64,000 bases of DNA, taken from assembly GCA_002710725.1 (NCBI GenBank), contig PAKT01000092.1, positions 278 through 64,277 on the forward strand, read 5' to 3'. Positions 59,000 to 64,000 of the stretch are shown piece after piece. Positions within the stretch are counted from its first letter, which is position 1; each line of letters begins with the position of its first letter. Under the pieces are notes generated by a model. The model made no database searches and was not told the origin of the DNA. It worked only from the letters and a program-made list of their open reading frames with translations. The position numbers were made by a program, and so were the translations under genes. This DNA is from Spongiibacteraceae bacterium (lineage in GTDB: Bacteria > Pseudomonadota > Gammaproteobacteria > Pseudomonadales > Spongiibacteraceae).

Positions 59000-59815
59000 A
59001 TGCAACAAACTACTTTCAAAGAACACGGAATACACTATCGCAACTGGCCCATAAGCGGTGATGCTCGAGCGGTTGTGTTGATTGTTCACGGCCTGGGGGA
59101 GCATTGCGAACGCTACGATACCTTCGCCAGCGCGCTGAATACAGCCGGCTATGCCGTGGCAGGCCTGGACTTGCCGGGGCATGGTCAGTCTGATGGCCGT
59201 CGCGGCCATATCGACCGCTTCAGCGAATATGGCGATGCAGTATTAAGCCTGTATAAGAAAACCTCGACGGCCTATCCGGGCCTGCCAGTCTTTTTGCTCG
59301 GTCACAGTATGGGCGGGTTAATCTCCACGCAGCTTTTGTTAAGTCATCAGGATAAGTTTGCCGGCGCTCTGCTCTCGGGCCCCGCTATTCAGAGCCCGCA
59401 ACAACCGCCGGCTTTTCAGGTGGCGGTGATCAAACTGATTGCTGCGCTGTTCCCCAAACTGGGTGTGCTGACGCTGGATGCCTCGGGGATTAGTCGCGAC
59501 CCGGTGGTAGTGGAAGACTATATGCATGATCCATTGGTCAACAAAGGAAAATTGTCGGCGCGTCTGCTGGTAGAGATGTTCAAGGCCATGGAGGAATGCA
59601 AAGCCGATGCCGACAGGGTAACTCTGCCGATTCGGATCATGCACGGCGGCAGGGATGACATGACCTCGCCGGAGGGCTCGGAGCTGCTGAACAGCCGAGT
59701 GGGCTCAAAGGATAAAGAGCTCAGAATCTATTCGGGACTTATGCATGAGATTCTAAATGAACCCGAAGGGCCTGAAATTACAGAGGAAATAATTGCCTGG
59801 ATTGACGGCCATTAA
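59000..59815 (+). CDS. Alpha/beta hydrolase (monoacylglycerol lipase/lysophospholipase)
   Basis: HGLGEH, GHG.S.G, GHSMGG, HEILNE. Confidence 0.9.
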   Translation: MQQTTFKEHGIHYRNWPISGDARAVVLIVHGLGEHCERYDTFASALNTAGYAVAGLDLPGHGQSDGRRGHIDRFSEYGDAVLSLYKKTSTAYPGLPVFLLGHSMGGLISTQLLLSHQDKFAGALLSGPAIQSPQQPPAFQVAVIKLIAALFPKLGVLTLDASGISRDPVVVEDYMHDPLVNKGKLSARLLVEMFKAMEECKADADRVTLPIRIMHGGRDDMTSPEGSELLNSRVGSKDKELRIYSGLMHEILNEPEGPEITEEIIAWIDGH

Positions 59816-59977
59816 TAGAAGAGAGTTAGATCAGAATCATATTGCGTCGTCGCTTTGGGCCTTAAATAATTTTTTTGTGCGATTCCTAGCTGACTGGTTC
59901 CGGTCGCAAGAAGTAAGCTGCACTAAGCACACGGAATTATTTGCTAAATTCTTATAATGTCTTCCTGAGAAATGCAT

Positions 59978-60568
59978 ATGTACATACCCAAGCATTTTGA
60001 CGTTTCAGATCAGAATGAACTGCTTTCTTTTATAGCGGCGAATTCGTTTGGGCAGTTTATATCTAAAGTGGGTGAGCGACCCTTCTGTACGCATCTTCCT
60101 TTCCTATTATCTGAGGATAAGGAAAAACTGATCGGTCATCTCGCTATTCAGAATCCACAGCACCTAGAGCTGGAAGGTCAGGAGGTTTTGGTGATCTTTC
60201 AGGGCGAACATGCCTATATATCTCCAAGTTGGTATGCGGCGCCGGGTGTGCCCACCTGGAACTATCAAGCGGCTCATGTTTACGGTCGGGTCTCTCTGTT
60301 TAACTCAACTGAACGTCTGAAGCAGGTTGTAGAGAGTTTAACGTTGAAGTATGAATCAGCATTTAATCCGCCCTGGGTGCCCGAATTCAATCCCTCTCTG
60401 TTGAATGCGATTGTTGGTGTTGAAATCACAATCAGCGAGATTCAGGGTAAGTACAAGCTCAGTCAGAATCGCTCTGAACAAGACAGGTTGGAGGTGGCCA
60501 ATAGGCTAAATGGTTTAGGGCATGAAAAATTAGCCGTGGCCATGAAAAGTGCGCTCGACCCACAGTAG
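59978..60568 (+). CDS. PaiB-like FMN-binding negative transcriptional regulator
   Basis: MYIPKHF, AYISPSWY, VPTWNY, KLSQNR. Confidence 0.88.
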   Translation: MYIPKHFDVSDQNELLSFIAANSFGQFISKVGERPFCTHLPFLLSEDKEKLIGHLAIQNPQHLELEGQEVLVIFQGEHAYISPSWYAAPGVPTWNYQAAHVYGRVSLFNSTERLKQVVESLTLKYESAFNPPWVPEFNPSLLNAIVGVEITISEIQGKYKLSQNRSEQDRLEVANRLNGLGHEKLAVAMKSALDPQ

Positions 60569-60624
60569 GATATGGCGCTAAGAAAAGACATTCAGAGCGC
60601 CAGGCAAGTACTACAGTGTGCTTC

Positions 60625-62010
60625 TTATTGCAGCGGCAGCTGCATATGAAAGGTAGTGCCCACGTCAACGCCGGAGGTCACCGCAATATGACCCTTGTGG
60701 TGCTCCGTCACAATAAAGTGCGAATAAGAAAGCCGGTGCTCTACCGGGCAGGCGGGGCGATCAGAGGTGTTGGAGAAAAAGGGCTCAAATACATCCTGCT
60801 GTTCTTCCGCTGACAGACCGATGCCGTTGTGTTGGATTTTTATCCACACCGACTCGTAAAATTCACCGACTTCTACGTTAATGACCGGGACAAACTCGGG
60901 ATACTTTTGTGCCTTATCGCAGATCGCGTGATAGGCGTGGCGCAACAGGCGCAGAAATACCTGCTGCATTTCGCTTGCATAGCAAGGGATCAGCGGAGTG
61001 TCCGCGTCGTAATTCCGGCGAATTGCAATGTCATTGAAGCGAAGCCCGGTGGGCGGGGAATAAAGTCTGCCCGCCACGGTCAGGCTGTGATCCAGCAGCT
61101 CGGCCATATTGGCCGGGTTTTTCGTGCCTCGGTGGCTGGCGGCGAAGTCCAGCAGGTTTTGTACGATGGCCGTTGCCTGGTCGCCGCTTTCTTCCGCTTT
61201 CTTGATAATGGGGATCAGCGCCTGATGCTGATTGTCGTTGAGGTCATTCAGCTGCTCATGAAGCCTGTCGATAGCATTGCCAATACTTTGCAAAGGTATG
61301 TTGATATCGTGCGCCATGGCTGAAGCCAGTTCGCCCATGGCCGACATTTTATTGCGCTCAACCAGCTGATTTTCCGCTTTCATCTGTTTGGTGATGTCGT
61401 CGATCAGAATAACGAGGCCGGTATCGGTACCGTCGGCGAGGGTGTACATGGTGATATCAAAATAATACTGACCGCGCTGGCTGTGTTTGATCGTGGTGGT
61501 TTTTTTGCTCTCAAGCACTTTTTTAACCTGCGCCTGAGTGAGGGTGATACGCGGATAGGCGTCCCACAGGGCAAGACCTTTTACGTCTTCAAAAGTGCGG
61601 CCTGTTATTTTTTCGGCGACGTGGTTCCACTGTGTCACCTCCAATTGATTGTTTAAACCGATGAGCATGACCGGCATCGAATCGACAATGCTTTTGACAT
61701 AGGCCTCGCTGTGAGCGAGTTGGGTGGTCGTGGCCTGCAGGCTGGCGGTGCGTTGGGCGACGCGGTCTTCAAGCGTGGCTTTGATTTCGGTGAGTTCGCG
61801 ATTGGACCGGGTCGCCTTGCGGTGCGCAAAGAACAGAAAAACTGACACCAGCAGGAGTGTAATGATCAAAACCCCGCTGGAGAAATTGGCAACGTATTGC
61901 CACTTGGTTTCGCCGTCTTCATCCTTAAAGGGCGAAAGCAAATCCGCCTGAGCATAGGCGCCCAGTAAGATGATCAGGCAGGCAGAAAGCAAATTGGCGA
62001 TGGTTTTCAC
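60625..62010 (-). CDS. Membrane PAS-domain histidine-kinase-like protein with degenerate ATPase domain
   Basis: TM helix, PAS, H-box AHDINIPL, FEPFF F-box; N/G1/G2 boxes altered. Confidence 0.78.
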   Translation of the reverse strand: MKTIANLLSACLIILLGAYAQADLLSPFKDEDGETKWQYVANFSSGVLIITLLLVSVFLFFAHRKATRSNRELTEIKATLEDRVAQRTASLQATTTQLAHSEAYVKSIVDSMPVMLIGLNNQLEVTQWNHVAEKITGRTFEDVKGLALWDAYPRITLTQAQVKKVLESKKTTTIKHSQRGQYYFDITMYTLADGTDTGLVILIDDITKQMKAENQLVERNKMSAMGELASAMAHDINIPLQSIGNAIDRLHEQLNDLNDNQHQALIPIIKKAEESGDQATAIVQNLLDFAASHRGTKNPANMAELLDHSLTVAGRLYSPPTGLRFNDIAIRRNYDADTPLIPCYASEMQQVFLRLLRHAYHAICDKAQKYPEFVPVINVEVGEFYESVWIKIQHNGIGLSAEEQQDVFEPFFSNTSDRPACPVEHRLSYSHFIVTEHHKGHIAVTSGVDVGTTFHMQLPLQ

Positions 62011-62268
62011 AGTTAAGCTCTTTCAGTACAGCGTGGCGAAGTTGGGTGATTTTACCAAAATGTCGTGGCTCCGAGGGCTTTCTTTTGGTTCTTTTGCGCT
62101 CGTTAAGTTCCTGAACGCCCTGGCTCAGGCGGAATCGAAGGTGGCTGGTCTGTCTCAGGCATTTCGTCGCAGCAGGTTAAGCTCCAATAAGCTACCCTGT
62201 TAAGTGCTGTACATCACAGGCAGCCAAAACAATAATCAATTTACACACAGCACATGGGTCAGACAACG

Positions 62269-63768
62269 ATGAAGAAACTGAGCATGGTCGACAAGGGCTT
62301 TCTGCTGGCAGAGAACCGGGAAATGCCCATGCACGTTGGCGGGGTGTCTCTGTTTACCCTGCCTGAGGGCGCTGACGAGCAGGAATTCCTGCATGAGCTG
62401 GCGCGTGCGATTCGCGATACCGATGCCTTGCTGCCCCCCTTCGGAGATCGCCTGAAGATGGGTCGTGCCGGTTTGATGGGTAATGCCTACTGGGAGCCGG
62501 ATCCGGCGCTGGATATGGAATACCATGTGCGCCACTCGGCGCTGCCAAAGCCCGGGCGTTATCGGGAGCTGTTTACCCTGGTATCGCGGCTGCACGGCAC
62601 CCTGCTGGAACGCAGCCGGCCGTTGTGGGAGATGCATCTGATTGAGGGCCTGCAAAACCGCCAGTTTGCCGTGTATACCAAAACCCACCACGCGGCCGTG
62701 GACGGCGCCCGCTCAGTGCACATCTCCCGGAGCATGTTATCCCCCGACCCGGATCATGTGCTGGAAAACTCACCCCTGTCCCTTGAATCCTGGCAGCGCT
62801 ACAAGGACGCTCTGCTTATTGGCCAGCGCGATATCCACACAGAAGAGGAGTTGCGCAATGTGGCCGACATGCTCAAATCCACCTTTGACAGCAGCGCCAA
62901 CCTGTTTCGGGCGCTCAAGGGCTTTACCCAGGCCTGGGTGGGGCGCGGCGGCAATCTGACTCTGCCGCATTTGCGTGTTCCCCGCAGTGTGCTCAACAAC
63001 CCGGTGGACGGCGCCCGGCGATTTGTTGCCCAGTCCTGGCCCTTTGCCCGCATTCACCGTCTGGGCAAGGCCTTTGACGGGACCTTTAATGACGCGGTGC
63101 TGGGTATGTGTGCCGGTGCCCTGCGTCAGTATCTGATCAATCATGCGGAGCTGCCTGAGCAGGGCCTGAAGGCGATGGTACCGGTGTCGCTGCGCCAGAA
63201 AGGTGATGTGGATTCCGGCAATGCGGTTGCTGCGATCAGCGCCGACCTGTCGACCCATATTGCTGATCCGGCCCAGCGGATGCGGTCGATTATGGCATCA
63301 GTTAAAGCCGGCAAGACCTTTTATCAGGGCATGTCGCCCAAGGAGGTTGAGCTGGTCAGCATGCTGATGCAGTCGCCCTCGGCGCTGCTGATGCCGCTGG
63401 GTCTGATTCCGCGGCTGCCCCCCTACAATGTTGCGATCTCCAATGTGCCCGGTATCCGCGAAACCATGTACTGGAACGGCGCGCGGATGGATGGTTCTTA
63501 TCCACTGTCCATTGTGACCGACGGTATGGCGATGAATATCACGCTGGTCACCTATGGTGAGAATGTGGATTTTGGCATCATCGCCTGCCGACGCTCTCTG
63601 CCGCAGGTTCAGCGGCTGATCGATTATATGGAAGATGCGCTGGCAGAGCTGGAAGAGGCCGCCGGGATTGGCTCTGCGCCCAAGGCTGCAAAGAAAGCTA
63701 CGACGAAGAAAGTGCGCAAGGCAGCGCCTCGCAAGAAAAAAGTTAGCAAAGCCAAGACGACGGCTTGA
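62269..63768 (+). CDS. Wax ester/triacylglycerol synthase (WS/DGAT)
   Basis: PMHVGG, RPLWE.HLIEGL, HHAAVDG, ISNVPG. Confidence 0.92.
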   Translation: MKKLSMVDKGFLLAENREMPMHVGGVSLFTLPEGADEQEFLHELARAIRDTDALLPPFGDRLKMGRAGLMGNAYWEPDPALDMEYHVRHSALPKPGRYRELFTLVSRLHGTLLERSRPLWEMHLIEGLQNRQFAVYTKTHHAAVDGARSVHISRSMLSPDPDHVLENSPLSLESWQRYKDALLIGQRDIHTEEELRNVADMLKSTFDSSANLFRALKGFTQAWVGRGGNLTLPHLRVPRSVLNNPVDGARRFVAQSWPFARIHRLGKAFDGTFNDAVLGMCAGALRQYLINHAELPEQGLKAMVPVSLRQKGDVDSGNAVAAISADLSTHIADPAQRMRSIMASVKAGKTFYQGMSPKEVELVSMLMQSPSALLMPLGLIPRLPPYNVAISNVPGIRETMYWNGARMDGSYPLSIVTDGMAMNITLVTYGENVDFGIIACRRSLPQVQRLIDYMEDALAELEEAAGIGSAPKAAKKATTKKVRKAAPRKKKVSKAKTTA

Positions 63769-63813
63769 TGTCTTTGTTCGCCACGGCTTGGCGGCGAAGG
63801 CCAGGATGATCGC

Positions 63814-64000
63814 TTGAACGGCTGGCTCAAGCTCAACCTGGGTGATCCACTGTTGGCCAGTGATCAGCAGGATTACATTGCGACGGAGTTTGACTCAGCC
63901 TACCGCGCCTCGGGCAAGCCTGCCGAGATGGCTGCGTTTTTCCGGCATGAGTCCGGTCCGCTGCATTGCGACGTTGTTGCCTATTTTACGCCGGTAGCGT
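63814..64000 (+). CDS. Hypothetical protein, truncated by window end
   Basis: Open frame from TTG: LNGWLKLNLGDPLLA...FRHESGPLHC..YFTP; CAGGA upstream. Confidence 0.45.
   Translation, partial: MNGWLKLNLGDPLLASDQQDYIATEFDSAYRASGKPAEMAAFFRHESGPLHCDVVAYFTPVA

Noticed and set aside
59816-60600. AT-richer paiB-like segment as a separate mobile element
   Set aside because: No mobility gene or terminal repeats seen; at most a single acquired gene.

Overview
GC-rich gammaproteobacterial chromosome (gene content suggests a lipid/aromatic-degrading aquatic lineage; this is inference). The main feature is a ~20.2 kb, visibly AT-richer island (about 5312-25530) inserted into the 3' end of hrpB. The hrpB frame breaks at ...KGRYPK (5311/5312) and resumes as HPWPDDP... 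at 25532, with no target duplication. The island starts with three tyrosine-recombinase-like genes plus a small coiled-coil gene (GInt/ginABCD-like). Its cargo is a cluster of toxin-less antitoxin-domain genes with nucleotide phosphatases, a type I R-M system whose HsdS has two near-identical TRDs, a serine resolvase and a two-gene CD-NTase+NucC CBASS. It ends in ~700 bp of structured non-coding DNA. That right-end DNA carries two short segments matching opposite strands of the 16 bp of hrpB next to the insertion point, each followed by a shared motif, plus a match to the predicted circle junction. This raises the unproven possibility of RNA-guided targeting by a tyrosine-recombinase element. 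The rest is housekeeping and catabolic DNA: fabV, miaE, speDE, msrA, cvrA, secDF with an upstream RAPP arrest-peptide ORF, two TonB-dependent receptors, a carotenoid-oxygenase/beta-oxidation cluster and WS/DGAT. All calls come from visual motif recognition; no searches were run. No rRNA, tRNA or CRISPR array was seen.
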